Positions 44,643-55,197 of a DNA stretch of 64,000 nt are shown one piece after another. This stretch comes from Candidatus Poribacteria bacterium. GTDB taxonomy: Bacteria > Poribacteria > WGA-4E > WGA-3G. The stretch lies in NCBI GenBank assembly GCA_965242965.1, contig OZ251518.1, positions 1,184,001 to 1,248,000 on the forward strand, read 5' to 3'. Numbering within the stretch: position 1 is the first letter of the stretch; each line of letters begins with the position of its first letter. The notes below the pieces were generated by a model. The model made no database searches and was not told the origin of the DNA. It was given only the letters and a program-made list of their open reading frames with translations. The position numbers and the translations under genes were made by a program.

Positions 44643-46493
44643 TCAAAAATCGAAATCAGAAACGGCGACTGCCTCCGCCGATACCTTAATCAATGCAAAT
44701 TCAACTCGGCGATTTTCTGCCGCCTCCGCGGGGCTTGTCGGTTTAGCGATAAGCGGTTCCTTAATCCCCACCCCGACCGGCACGATCTGGTCCGGATCGA
44801 TGCGTGCATTTTTGCGGCGCGCGTAATCAATAATCGCATCCTTCACCGCTTCACCGCGCTGTTCTGAGAGTTTCAGAGCTGCTTTCATCACCTGATACGG
44901 ATTTTCAGCGGCGTTCGCGCTATCAAACTTTTTTCGTTCAATGAGACGCATTAAGGCAGCAGTATCCTCAAGGCTGAACGCTTTTCCGTCCATAAAGTAT
45001 TTGTAATTCCCGCGGCTGCCGGTGCGTTTCAAAACCCCGCTTTGTAGCCCCGATTTCACCAGGACACTCAGCGTTCGCGAAGGATCGCTGTGGCCCTTGA
45101 TTGCGATAGCGGCGTTGCCGTATTTGGAGGCAAGTTCCACCACCCGGTCGAATTCAGAACGATACTCGTTGCCACTGAAGGTGTCCTGATTCGCCTTGAA
45201 TTGTATGGTGAAGGAGATAAGCGTCTTTTCGTCCAGCACCGCGTCTTCGTTAAACGTCTCAATTTCGGCGCGCACCACCTCTTTTTTGAACCGCTGCTGC
45301 TCAAGTTGCGCCGCGTCATCGACGGTTGTCGTGAGCAAATCCTTAAAGACAGACGCGTTAAAATTCAGATCGGACGGCAACAGCGCGTAGCGTTGCTTGG
45401 CGAAACCCCAGTTGACAGCCATGTCCAACCCCGCTTTGTTGAATCCCTCAAAGCCGCTGATGGTATTCCTCGGGTCATTGAAGAAAGCGATGTTGCCGGG
45501 TTGTCCGACGAAAGTGCAATCGGCGATGAGCCCGTGCGCGTCTTCCTCTAGCGTGGGAAGCACGTCTCTGCCGTAGATAGTCTGCATCATCGTTAGCAGC
45601 GTGATGTATTTCGCGGAACCGCTTGATTCATAAGCCTTTTTCAGGGCGATTACCTCCTCTGCGCCTTTGAGGTACCCGGCGAAGAAGCGTTCGACAAAAG
45701 GCTTGTAGGCATCGTAGAAATCCTTGCGGCACGCGTAGACATCGGCGATGGAGCGAGAGAGCGTCGCAGTGCTAACGACGACGTGCGCGCCTTTCACCGT
45801 GCCTTCCGCCCCTGTCCCCGTATTCTCCGCACCGCCTGTCAACCCAAGCATATCTGGCGTGATGACGAAGCAGCCAGCGATGGAGGCATCGTTGCGGAAA
45901 CGTTCCGCGGGCCCCTTCGCGCCAGTCAATTCATCTACCCAGACAATCTGCACATTTGACTTGGTGAGCCGCGCCGAGTTCAGCATATCGTAAAGCATGC
46001 CGACGTGCGGGCCGCCCTGTTGAATGGCAATCTTTTTGCCGTTTAAATCAGCAATCCTCCGAATGTTGGCCCGCCCGACAAAATGGTCTCCTGCAGACCA
46101 GGTGAGTTGTCCAAACACAACCGGTTTAGTCCGCGCATCGCGTCCGATCGCTTCACTCGCTTGCGCTATCATCCGAAACGTCCCGCGCAGGAAAGGGGAT
46201 TTGCCGGCGAGATAATCGCGTACCTGCTGCTGGAAATCGTCGCCCGGCACCAATTTCAGATTCATGCCTATCTCTTCCATGATGGTTCCCTGTTGCGTCG
46301 TCAGTCCACCGTTGGCGTGGAAGAGTGCGGCTTCGCCGCCCCAGGTAATATAAGGCACGACAAGCGGTGCAATCGCTGTTACCTCTTTGATGGTAACGGG
46401 CCCGACTGCATCGGCGAAACGTTGCTGTGCATCTGCCCGCGGCACAAAAATCAGGATGAACAAGCATATCAATAACGTGGCATTTCTTTTCAT
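44643..46493 (-). CDS. Secreted ABC-type substrate-binding domain fused to an OmpA-like domain
   Basis: Signal peptide; ITWGG, LTWSAGD, SIADVY; C-terminal IKGHSD...LSEQRG...GVG...NRRVEF. Confidence 0.75.
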   Translation of the reverse strand: MKRNATLLICLFILIFVPRADAQQRFADAVGPVTIKEVTAIAPLVVPYITWGGEAALFHANGGLTTQQGTIMEEIGMNLKLVPGDDFQQQVRDYLAGKSPFLRGTFRMIAQASEAIGRDARTKPVVFGQLTWSAGDHFVGRANIRRIADLNGKKIAIQQGGPHVGMLYDMLNSARLTKSNVQIVWVDELTGAKGPAERFRNDASIAGCFVITPDMLGLTGGAENTGTGAEGTVKGAHVVVSTATLSRSIADVYACRKDFYDAYKPFVERFFAGYLKGAEEVIALKKAYESSGSAKYITLLTMMQTIYGRDVLPTLEEDAHGLIADCTFVGQPGNIAFFNDPRNTISGFEGFNKAGLDMAVNWGFAKQRYALLPSDLNFNASVFKDLLTTTVDDAAQLEQQRFKKEVVRAEIETFNEDAVLDEKTLISFTIQFKANQDTFSGNEYRSEFDRVVELASKYGNAAIAIKGHSDPSRTLSVLVKSGLQSGVLKRTGSRGNYKYFMDGKAFSLEDTAALMRLIERKKFDSANAAENPYQVMKAALKLSEQRGEAVKDAIIDYARRKNARIDPDQIVPVGVGIKEPLIAKPTSPAEAAENRRVEFALIKVSAEAVAVSDFDF

Positions 46494-46576
46494 TAGTTTT
46501 TTTCTCCTCATTTCTCCTCATTGGGGTGAGTCTATTTTTATTTTACCATAACAGGTTGGAAAATGTCCAGTTAATT

Positions 46577-47680
46577 GAGGGTATTTCATAAATGGTTGAA
46601 AAACGTCAGGAGATGGGGTATCCCAGCATGAAGAACCAACAACATTTTAGGATACACCCCATGAACTCTCCTCACATGCATTAGTATATCATATTGCTTT
46701 TTTCTTTGCTAGTTGATTTTTTTACTACCCGGAACCCATCCCGGCCCCCGCGCGACGGTAAAAAAAACGTGCTGCTTACCGTAGGGCGAGGGCCTGTCCC
46801 TCGCCATGCCTCGATCGGGAGGGAAATGGCCTTGGTTGGCGTGTGGTTTTCGCGCAGGTCGAGTGATCGCGGGGGACAGGCCCCCGCGCTACGGTATGCC
46901 AGGCCATCTCCTTTCACCGTAGGGCGAGGGCCTGTCCCTCGCCGTGCCTCGATCTACACGGGAAACGGCTTTGGGCGGCGTGCGTTTTTCGCGCAAGTCG
47001 AACGCTCGCGGGGGACAGGCCCCCGCGCTACGGGCCAGGAAGGATTCTCCTTGTCATGCGCCGTTCGGGAACAGGCGAGCCCGAACTACGGTCTTCTCAA
47101 GGTCCTTTAGGTCCTTAATGTCTATAGTATACTTAATGTTTTCTGCGGCGTTACGTGTGCTGCACATTAAGGACCTAAAGGACCTTAGTGTTTTTTTTGG
47201 TCGGTGGGATACTATAGACATGCAGGACCTAAAGGACCTGAAGAGATTTTTTTCACGAGTGTGATCGCGGGGGACAGGCCCCCGCGCTACGGTTAGTGGA
47301 CCGCCTCCGTTTACCGTAGGGCGAGGGCCTGTCCCTCGCCGTGCCTCGGTCGGAACGGGAAAACGGCTTTGGGCGGCGTGCGGTTTTCGCGCAGGTCGAG
47401 TGATCGCGGGGGAAACCCGCTCGCCTGCGCGTGTGGCATGCGAGGGCCCCCGCGCTACGGGCCAGGAAAGGGTTCGCCTTTCCATGCGCCTGTTCGGGAT
47501 CAGGCGAGCCCGAACTACGGTCACTGCGGCACGCGAGCGATCGCGGGGGACAGGCCCCCGCGCTACGGAATAATCTTGCGAATCGTGAAAATCGTGTAAA
47601 TCCTGCTCCTCTCTGGCGAATCTTGGAAATCGTGTAAATCTTGCTCCTCTCTGGCGAATCGTGAAAATCCTGCTCAAATA
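46577..47680. repeat. TIR-initiated cassette: promoter-bearing segment, REP array and AATC-type short tandem repeats
   Basis: Near-direct repeat of 48824..49440. Confidence 0.8.
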
Positions 47681-47735
47681 TATAACCCACGCTCGCCGAT
47701 ACAGAGAGTTCTCCCTGGTTATCAAGATTCTCCAA

Positions 47736-48800
47736 TCACGGTCTGGGCATCGGCTTTGAACTCTTCGCCTTTCCCCACGTGGTGGTGAGCAACCGCGGTT
47801 GCGGCGCGACCGGCAGTGCCGCCGGATCGAACCAATCCGCATCGAAATTGGAACCCTCGAAAGTGAGTTGTTCAACAACACCGCCACCTAAAGCAACCTT
47901 GAAAAGTTGGAGCTCATTGCCAACGAGTTGATGATAAATCAAGTCATCTCCCCGTGGAGACCAGGTTGGTTCGGACGTTTTCGTGCCATCCAAGGCGACA
48001 ATCTGTTTTAACCCGTTCCCATCGCGATTGATGGAATAGATGGTAGTCTGGATATCAACCGGTTTCCCTTCTCCTTTGATGACAACTCCTTGCTTGTCGC
48101 CAGCTTTTAGGGCATCGCGTGCCTCTTCTGCCTTGTCGGCGATGAAATCGAATAACTCTAGCCGAGTAAAGGCGAGTTGCGTGCCATCGGGACTCCACGC
48201 CAAGTCCATGGCGACGGCACCTTTCATAGGGGCAATTACCTCCTCCACCTGAGTCTCTACGTTGATGGCGCGAATCTCGCCGTTTGCCCCAACAAAAGCA
48301 ATCTCGGTTCCACCGGGAGACCAGGTAGGAAAGCTGCCATCTGCTAACGGCTCTTCACGTGCTCCCTCAATAGCGGCGATGTAGAGCCTCGTCACTTTTT
48401 TGTCTTTCTGATTGAGACTGCCGCGCACGTAGGCGATGCGTTTTCCATCGGGTGCCCACGTCGGATGTTGTCTCACATCCCATTGCCGGAAAACGCGTCT
48501 GGTGTTTCGTCCATCCGCGTTCATGAGATAGAGATCGAGAAAGCCATCGCGGTCGGACGTGAAAAGGATGTGCCTTCCTGTCGGAGACCAGGTGGGGTGG
48601 TAGTTGTTTCCATCCAAATGAGTCAAACCCTCCGGCTCAGTGCCATCGGGATTCATCAGATAAATGTCCCATGCACCATCGCGATTTGAGGAGAACACGA
48701 TTTTGGCAGTTGCCGGGGCTCTAGCAAGGCTTACCGCAACGCTGGCGAGCATCAGTACCAAACTGAGCGCGCCAAAATATGAAAAATGCATCCGTTTCAT
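47736..48800 (-). CDS. Secreted TolB-like beta-propeller (PD40 repeats)
   Basis: KIVFSSNRDG, repeated PTWSPxG; C-terminal LPVAPQPRLLTTTWGKAK; AGGAG RBS before ATG 48800. Confidence 0.85.
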   Translation of the reverse strand: MKRMHFSYFGALSLVLMLASVAVSLARAPATAKIVFSSNRDGAWDIYLMNPDGTEPEGLTHLDGNNYHPTWSPTGRHILFTSDRDGFLDLYLMNADGRNTRRVFRQWDVRQHPTWAPDGKRIAYVRGSLNQKDKKVTRLYIAAIEGAREEPLADGSFPTWSPGGTEIAFVGANGEIRAINVETQVEEVIAPMKGAVAMDLAWSPDGTQLAFTRLELFDFIADKAEEARDALKAGDKQGVVIKGEGKPVDIQTTIYSINRDGNGLKQIVALDGTKTSEPTWSPRGDDLIYHQLVGNELQLFKVALGGGVVEQLTFEGSNFDADWFDPAALPVAPQPRLLTTTWGKAKSSKPMPRP

Positions 48801-48823
48801 CGTCAATTTCTCCTGATTCAAAT

Positions 48824-49440
48824 GAGGGGGTTTCATAACTCGTTGTAAAATGTCAGGAGATGAGGTATCCTAGCATGAAGAACCAACAACATTTTAGGCG
48901 ACATCCCGTGAAGTTTCCTGACATACATTAGTATATCACATTGCTTTTTTCTTTGCTAGTTGATTTTTTTTGCCATCCAGAACCCATCCCGGCCCCCGCG
49001 CGACGGTAAAAAAAACGTGCTGCTTACCGTAGGGCGAGGGCCTGTCCCTCGCCATGCCTAGGTCGGAACGAGAAACGGCCTTGGCCAGTGGACGATTTTC
49101 GCGCAGGTCGAACGATCGCGGGGGACAGGCCCCCGCGCTACGGTTTGCAAGGCCGTCTCCGTTTTACCGTAGGGCGAGGGCCTGTCCCTCGCCGTGCCTC
49201 GATCGGGAGGGAAATGGCCTTAGTTGGCGTGCGTTTTTCGCGCGGGTCGGGCGATCGCGGGGGACAGGCCCCCGCGCTACGGGCCAGGAAGGGGTTCTCC
49301 TCGCTATGCACCGTTCGGGATCAGGCGCTCCCGAACTACGGTCTCCAGCTCCAATCTTGCGAATCGTGATAATCGTGTAAATCCTGCTCCTCTCTGGCTA
49401 ATCCTGGAAATCTTGAAAATCCTGCTCAAAATCCTGCTCA
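48824..49440. repeat. TIR-initiated cassette, second copy
   Basis: Shares the AT-rich segment, REP order and terminal AATC repeats with 46577..47680. Confidence 0.8.
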
Positions 49441-49449
49441 TCATTAATC

Positions 49450-49478
49450 TTGACATCTTTCCTGGAATATGATATTAT
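49450..49478 (+). promoter_or_regulatory. sigma70 promoter upstream of tatA
   Basis: TTGACA-N17-TATTAT. Confidence 0.65.
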
Positions 49479-49539
49479 ATCTATAATATCACGCGTGCAT
49501 CGTTAAATCACGCGGATTTTGTTAATAGGGAGGCAAAAT

Positions 49540-49752
49540 ATGTTTGGAGGTCTTGGTCCTTGGGAACTATTAATTGTGTTAGCCATCGTGCTACTCATCT
49601 TCGGTGGGAAACGCCTACCAGACCTGGCGCGTGGACTCGGGAAGAGTATCAGTAACTTTAAGTCCGGCCTCAACGAAGAACCCGATGAGGCTGATACCGA
49701 TACTGCAACGACTCGCGAGAAAGAACCGCCGCAGAAGAAGCAGTCGAGTTAA
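49540..49752 (+). CDS. tatA: Twin-arginine translocase TatA/TatE
   Basis: GLGPWELLIVLAIVLLIFGGKRLPDLARGLGKSISNFK; GGAGG RBS. Confidence 0.95.
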   Translation: MFGGLGPWELLIVLAIVLLIFGGKRLPDLARGLGKSISNFKSGLNEEPDEADTDTATTREKEPPQKKQSS

Positions 49753-49827
49753 GAAGCAACCCGCGAATTCGTTCCTTGTAGGCACGCTTTCAAAGCGTGC
49801 CTAGCGGAAATCCTAAAGGGAGAAAAA

Positions 49828-50151
49828 ATGAACGACACATTGCCCGATTTCCTTCAGAAGGTCATCGACGAATATCCGGAAGTCTGGCAGGCGTATCAGG
49901 CTCTAGGCGAGGCTTGCAGCAACGCCGGACCTCTTGACGCGAAGACATCACGACTCGTGAAACTCGCTTTGGCCATTGGCGCGAAATCGGAGGGCGCGGT
50001 GCATTCGCACGCACGCCGTGCCCTCCGCGAAGGAGTAACACCCGAAGAATTACAACAAGTAGCGATGCTGGCGGTGACTTCCATCGGCTGGTCCTCGAGT
50101 ATGGCCGCGCTTGCTTGGATTCGGGATGTTACGGAAAAAGAGAAGCGGTAG
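49828..50151 (+). CDS. Carboxymuconolactone decarboxylase (CMD/AhpD) family protein
   Basis: GPLDAKTSRLVKLALAIG...GAVHSHARRAL..G. Confidence 0.85.
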   Translation: MNDTLPDFLQKVIDEYPEVWQAYQALGEACSNAGPLDAKTSRLVKLALAIGAKSEGAVHSHARRALREGVTPEELQQVAMLAVTSIGWSSSMAALAWIRDVTEKEKR

Positions 50152-50506
50152 GAGGGACATCCTTGTCCCGATAAGAACGGTCTCTTTCACCGTAGAGGGC
50201 CCTCGCAGGTTTTCCTCGCCATGCAGCGATCACGGGGGCATTGTATCGTGGTTAAAGAAACGTTAATCCGGCCTGTCCCTCGCCATGCAATGATCGCGGG
50301 GGACAGGCCCCCGCGCTACGGTACTAAGAACGGTCGTTTTCACCGTAGGGCGAGGGCCTGTCCCTCGCCATGCAATGATCGCGGGCGGGCATTGTATCGT
50401 GCAGCGATCGCGGGGGACAGGCCCCCGCGCTACGAATACGAAAAATCGGGACAGGGCGGTTTTTTCCTACATTGACAACAGCAGATTAGCGCGCACGAGG
50501 GGCAAC

Positions 50507-51310
50507 ATGAACCCACTGAAATTCCTGAAAAATCGCATTGAGAGGCTATTTTACAACGCCTATCAAAAACGGTTGGAGACAGAAGCGAATGCGTGGAACA
50601 TTCCGCGCCACATCGGCATCATCCTTGATGGAAATCGCCGCTACGCCAAAGCGAGTGGGCTTGAGGACGTTATCAAGGGACACTACGAAGGCGCGAATAA
50701 ACTGGAAGAGGTGCTTCATTGGTGCGATGAACTCGGCGTGGAGATCTTCTCGATTTGGATTTTCTCGTTGGATAACTTCAAGCGCGCCGAACAGGAAGTG
50801 GAAGGCATCCTCGGCCTGATCGAACGGAAAATGCGGGAGTTGGTTACCATTGAAGGACTCCACGCAAACCAAATCAAGGTGCGGGCAATGGGACAAATCG
50901 AACTGCTCCCACCGAGTCTGCAAGAGGCAATCCGAGATGCAGAGGTTGCAACGCAACATTATGACAAATTTATCCTTAACGTCGCTGTCGCTTATGGCGG
51001 CAGAGAGGAAATTGTCGAGGCGTTTCGGGGGCATCTTAACGCAGAAGCGGCGAAGGGCAAAGACGTTGCCCAAATCGCAGATGAACTGAGCGTTGACAAA
51101 ATCGCGCCGCATCTGTATACATCAAATCTGCCAGACCCCGAGTTAATCATCCGCACGAGCGGCGAGGTGCGGTTATCGGGTTTTCTGCTGTGGCAGAGCG
51201 TCTATTCGGAGTTCTATTTTTGTGATACGTATTGGCCATCGTTTCGGAAGATAGACTTTCTGCGTGCTTTGCGGGCTTATAGCCAACGCAAGCGGCGGTT
51301 TGGGCAATAA
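50507..51310 (+). CDS. uppS: Isoprenyl transferase (undecaprenyl diphosphate synthase family)
   Basis: PRHIGIILDGNRR, FSLDNFKR, YGGREEI, IRTSGEVRLSGFLLWQ. Confidence 0.9.
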   Translation: MNPLKFLKNRIERLFYNAYQKRLETEANAWNIPRHIGIILDGNRRYAKASGLEDVIKGHYEGANKLEEVLHWCDELGVEIFSIWIFSLDNFKRAEQEVEGILGLIERKMRELVTIEGLHANQIKVRAMGQIELLPPSLQEAIRDAEVATQHYDKFILNVAVAYGGREEIVEAFRGHLNAEAAKGKDVAQIADELSVDKIAPHLYTSNLPDPELIIRTSGEVRLSGFLLWQSVYSEFYFCDTYWPSFRKIDFLRALRAYSQRKRRFGQ

Positions 51311-51345
51311 TCCGAGGCGGCGCGTGTCTTGGCCCTAATTATCCT

Positions 51346-51620
51346 CAGGGTGTTTCATAAATCCGTTTCGGTAGTTATTCCCCCTTGGGCAGCGAATACG
51401 GATAGAAAAGCGGGGGGCGCATCGGGCCACCTCTGTAGTTCGGGATCGCCCGATCCCGAACGGGTCAGGATCAGGCGATCCTGACCTACAGGAGTGATGA
51501 GGTTTGATAGCAAAACGCATGGCGAGGGCCTGTCCCTCGCCCTACGGGAAGGGACGGCGTTTTTTTCACCGCAGCGCGGGGCCTGTCCCCGCGACGTTGA
51601 GCGATTTATGAAACACCCTC
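51346..51620. mobile_element. MITE-like cassette with REP cargo
   Basis: CAGGGTGTTTCATAAAT ... ATTTATGAAACACCCTC; AATTATC on both flanks. Confidence 0.7.
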
Positions 51621-51685
51621 AATTATCTTCAGTAGTTTGGGCTCGCCTGAGCCCGAACAGTGAAACCGATGTTCAAGGAAACATT

Positions 51686-52720
51686 ATGGAAAACACCCGA
51701 AAATCGTTAGTCAGTTTAATGGTTTTGGTGCTGCTGTTATTCTGTGGGAGCACCGTTGTCAATGCCCAAACCCCGGAGAAGATTGCCGAAAAAGCGTTGG
51801 GCTCCACGGTGATTTTGACAATGCAACACGCCGATGGTAAAGGTTCATTGGGCAGTGGGTTTTTCGTTGCAGATGGGCAGATTGCCACTAACTATCACGT
51901 TATCAAAGGGGCTGTGAAGGGCACCGCGAAACTGGTCGGTGGGGGAGCAGCCTTTAATATTGAAGGGCATACCGCTATTGATGAAGAACGCGATTTAGCA
52001 GTATTAAAAGTCACGACGCTTCGCGCGCCGCCCCTTTCGCTTGGCGATAGCGACACCGTTAAAGTTGGCGAAACTGTCTACGCCGTAGGTAACCCACGAG
52101 GATTGGAAGGCACGTTCTCGCAGGGTATCATTAGTAGCATCCGGCATGAAGGGAATACGGCGGTGCGTGGCAAGGTCCTCCAGATTACTGCACCGATTTC
52201 TCCGGGAAGCAGCGGCGGTGCAGTGCTAAACAGCAACGGAAAAGTCATTGGCATCGCTGTCGCGACTATCGTTAACGGACAGAATCTCAATTTCGCTATT
52301 CCCTCAAACTATCTTAAAGCACTGCTTGTGCAGGCTGGGGCAGCGAAATCTTTGGCAGCGGACGCGCCCTCTGACGTGCAACGCTTCTTGTTAGAGCTGT
52401 TTATCCTGGGCGTATCTGCCTTCATTGTCATACAGATTTTACCACTCGCAAAAGTTAAAGGGGGTTCAACAACGTTGGGGGTTTCCATCGTCTTTGGGCT
52501 CCTCCAAACCCTCTTGTCAGGAATCCTAACGCTCTTTGTCGTGCCGGTGATAATTCTAGCGTTAGGGCTTGCAGACATCGTCATTAATGCCGTGCTGCTC
52601 TGGTTTACGAATAAACTGTTTCGTGGGTTTGAAATGAACGGATTTTTCAAAACCATTTTCACGGCGGTGCTCATTGCTGGCGTTGAAAGGGCGTTAAATT
52701 GGCTCATCGCCGGTGCTTAA
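51686..52720 (+). CDS. Trypsin-like (S1C) serine protease fused to a C-terminal 4-TM phage-holin/YvlD-like domain
   Basis: GSGF, TNYHV, DLAVL, ISPGSSGG triad; C-terminal ...INAVLLW...GFEMNGF..IFTAVL. Confidence 0.8.
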   Translation: MENTRKSLVSLMVLVLLLFCGSTVVNAQTPEKIAEKALGSTVILTMQHADGKGSLGSGFFVADGQIATNYHVIKGAVKGTAKLVGGGAAFNIEGHTAIDEERDLAVLKVTTLRAPPLSLGDSDTVKVGETVYAVGNPRGLEGTFSQGIISSIRHEGNTAVRGKVLQITAPISPGSSGGAVLNSNGKVIGIAVATIVNGQNLNFAIPSNYLKALLVQAGAAKSLAADAPSDVQRFLLELFILGVSAFIVIQILPLAKVKGGSTTLGVSIVFGLLQTLLSGILTLFVVPVIILALGLADIVINAVLLWFTNKLFRGFEMNGFFKTIFTAVLIAGVERALNWLIAGA

Positions 52721-52786
52721 GCACACGACATTATAGAACGTGGTTCCGATCGAAAACTGAACGATTCTTATAGCTAGGAGAACTCT

Positions 52787-53554
52787 ATGCGATTTGGAAT
52801 TTGTACCGGGTTAGAAAACGTCAATCGGCTCGCAGAAGCCGGGTATGACTACATTGAATTGGGCGTGCAACGCGCGCTCATCCCAGAAGCGGACGAAACC
52901 GAGTTTCAGAAGATTCGCGAACAGGTGGCAGCGGCACCGTTAACGCCGGAGGCATACGCCGGGTTCATTCCGGGTGAACTGCGCGTGACTGGCGATAACG
53001 TCGACTTCCCGCGTCTCTCTCGCTATGTTGAGACAGCGTGCCGGAGAGGACGCGAACTTGGCGGCGAAGTTATCGTCTACGGAAGTGCCGCTTCGCGGAG
53101 CATCGCGGAAGGCTACTCACGCGAACGTGCGTTGGCACAGATCGCCGAATTCCTTGATATGGCTGCGGACCACGGTGAAGCGCACGGCATGACTATCGTC
53201 GTTGAACCTATCTGCAGCAGGGAAGGAAATATCCTTCGCACTGTCGCAGATGGACTCGCCATGGCGAAGCGTGTTAACCGTCCCGCTGTCAGGGCACTCG
53301 CCGACCTTTACCACGTCTGGCAGGAAAATGAACCGATGCAAAACATCCTCGATGCCGCGGAATGGCTGGCGCACGTGCATATTGCCGAACCGGTCAAGCG
53401 TTCCTACCCCGGCAACGACGATTTTGATTTCACCGATTTCTTCACGGCACTCAAGAAGGCTGGCTACGATGGCCGCGTCTCGTGTGAGTGCAAGTTTGAC
53501 GATTTTGAGACAGATATAGAGACGGCGTTGCGAACGATGAAAAGTTATGTCTAA
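52787..53554 (+). CDS. Sugar phosphate isomerase/epimerase (xylose isomerase-like TIM barrel)
   Basis: GYDYIEL, VEP, DLYH, HVHIAE, GYDGRVSCE. Confidence 0.85.
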   Translation: MRFGICTGLENVNRLAEAGYDYIELGVQRALIPEADETEFQKIREQVAAAPLTPEAYAGFIPGELRVTGDNVDFPRLSRYVETACRRGRELGGEVIVYGSAASRSIAEGYSRERALAQIAEFLDMAADHGEAHGMTIVVEPICSREGNILRTVADGLAMAKRVNRPAVRALADLYHVWQENEPMQNILDAAEWLAHVHIAEPVKRSYPGNDDFDFTDFFTALKKAGYDGRVSCECKFDDFETDIETALRTMKSYV

Positions 53555-53569
53555 ATTCGCTCATGTTAC

Positions 53570-53848
53570 CGTGGGTTGAGGGCCTGTCTCAACACGCCGC
53601 GACAGAACGTAGGTTGCGGGCCTGTCCCGCAACACGCCGAGACAGAACATAGGTTGCATATCTGTCTTCAACATGAGTCTCTCATGTTCCCGTAGGTTGC
53701 GGGCCTGTCCCGCAACATTGCTGTAGAGACCAGAGACCGTAGTTCGGGATCGCCTGATCCCGAACGGGCCCGTCCCGCAACATTGCCGCTGTAACGGATA
53801 ATTTCGATTAAAACAGGCACGGCGAGGGACAGGCCCTCGCCCTACGGT
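53570..53848. repeat. REP array, GTAG-GTTGCGGG-CCTGT-CCCGCAAC family
   Basis: Several copies, for example 53692-53716. Confidence 0.8.
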
Positions 53849-53871
53849 AAGAGATAACAAATAGCAGGGAG

Positions 53872-54828
53872 GTGGGTTTTATCCTTACTCGCGAACAAGG
53901 CAGAGTTATCCGTGCACGAACAGGATTTTATGACGTTCAACACGGAGAACTCGTCTTGCGATGCACGCTCCGAGGCACACTCAAACGAAAACACCGCACC
54001 GAAACCGGACGCAGAATCTACGCAGACCCGGGTGCTGTCGGCGATGAAGTGCTTTTCTCGCAAATCGATGATGAAGAAGGCGTGGTAGAAGATATCCTAC
54101 CGCGCCGGACGAAGTTCTCGCGGCAATACGCAGGGAGGCACGGGGACATCGAACAGGTCATCGTGGCGAACGCGCATCAAATCGTCGCTGTCGTCTCAAC
54201 GCTGATGCCGCCGATGAATTTCAGGACGCTGGACCGGTTCCTCATTCTGGCGGAAGCCGGGGACATGGAAGCAGTCATCTGCCTCAATAAGATGGATTTG
54301 GTGGACGTTGCCCAACGGCGTGAACTCGCCGAACTTTTCAGCAATTATGAGCGACTCGGTTATCGCGTCATTCACACCAGTGCCTCCATTCCTGAAGGAC
54401 TTGACATTCTTCAGGAAGTGTTGCGAGATAAATTTAGCGTCATCGTCGGTGCATCCGGCGTGGGGAAATCGAGTCTGCTGAACGCCATCCAACCGAATTT
54501 AGGATTGCGCACGGGTGAAGTCGGCGAGAAGACGCAGAAGGGCCGCCACACGACAACGCTGGTTGAGTTGTTCGCGCTGGATATCGGCGGCGAAGTTGCC
54601 GATACACCCGGCATCCGTGAAGTCGGGCTGTGGGGGGTTGACACGGAGAATCTCGAATACTATTTTCCAGAGATGGAGCCTTACCTCGGGACGTGTAAAT
54701 ATAACGATTGCGCGCACGTGAGTGAACCGGATTGTGCAGTGCAGGATGCAGTGGAAACCGGCGACATCCATCCCGAACGCTATCGGAGTTATGTCGTGCT
54801 GCGGACAGGGGATGATGCAGTTTCCTAA
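53872..54828 (+). CDS. rsgA: Ribosome small subunit-dependent GTPase A
   Basis: NKMD, GASGVGKSS, GRHTTT, DTPG, CKYNDCAH..EPDC zinc finger. Confidence 0.95.
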   Translation: MGFILTREQGRVIRARTGFYDVQHGELVLRCTLRGTLKRKHRTETGRRIYADPGAVGDEVLFSQIDDEEGVVEDILPRRTKFSRQYAGRHGDIEQVIVANAHQIVAVVSTLMPPMNFRTLDRFLILAEAGDMEAVICLNKMDLVDVAQRRELAELFSNYERLGYRVIHTSASIPEGLDILQEVLRDKFSVIVGASGVGKSSLLNAIQPNLGLRTGEVGEKTQKGRHTTTLVELFALDIGGEVADTPGIREVGLWGVDTENLEYYFPEMEPYLGTCKYNDCAHVSEPDCAVQDAVETGDIHPERYRSYVVLRTGDDAVS

Positions 54829-55197
54829 ATTCCCCTCTGTAGTTTGAGATCGCCTGTTTCCTAAATTCCCCTCTGTAGTTTGAGATCGCCTGATCTCAAA
54901 TAGGTAGGGATCGGGCGATCCCTACCTACAGATAGACTTTGGCCCGTAGCGCGGGGGCCTGTCCCCCGCGAGCGTCTCGGTTACCGTAGCGCGGGGGCCT
55001 GTCCCCCGCAATCGTTACATGGCGAGGGACAGGCCCCGGTTCAGCGTAGGCATAGCGCGCACGACTCTCCCCGCGATCGGTGCATGGCGAGGGACAGGCC
55101 CTCGCCCTACGGTGAAACGGATGCCCAGAGCCCGTAGCGCGGGGCCTGTCCCCCGCGAACGTTGCCCTACGCTGCAAAACGGAGGCACTCCCTACCT

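Noticed and set aside
46681-47887. ORFs rich in ARGPVPR / RSRGTGPRAT / RDREVSPT peptides (also at 13.5-14.5, 21, 23.6, 26, 30, 49, 55 and 56 kb)
   Set aside because: Translations of REP palindromes in several overlapping frames; not genes.
47736-48800. Calling this gene tolB
   Set aside because: No TolB N-terminal domain and no tol-pal neighbours.
51686-52720. Prophage inferred from the holin-like domain
   Set aside because: No other phage genes are nearby, and this membrane family is common in non-phage contexts.
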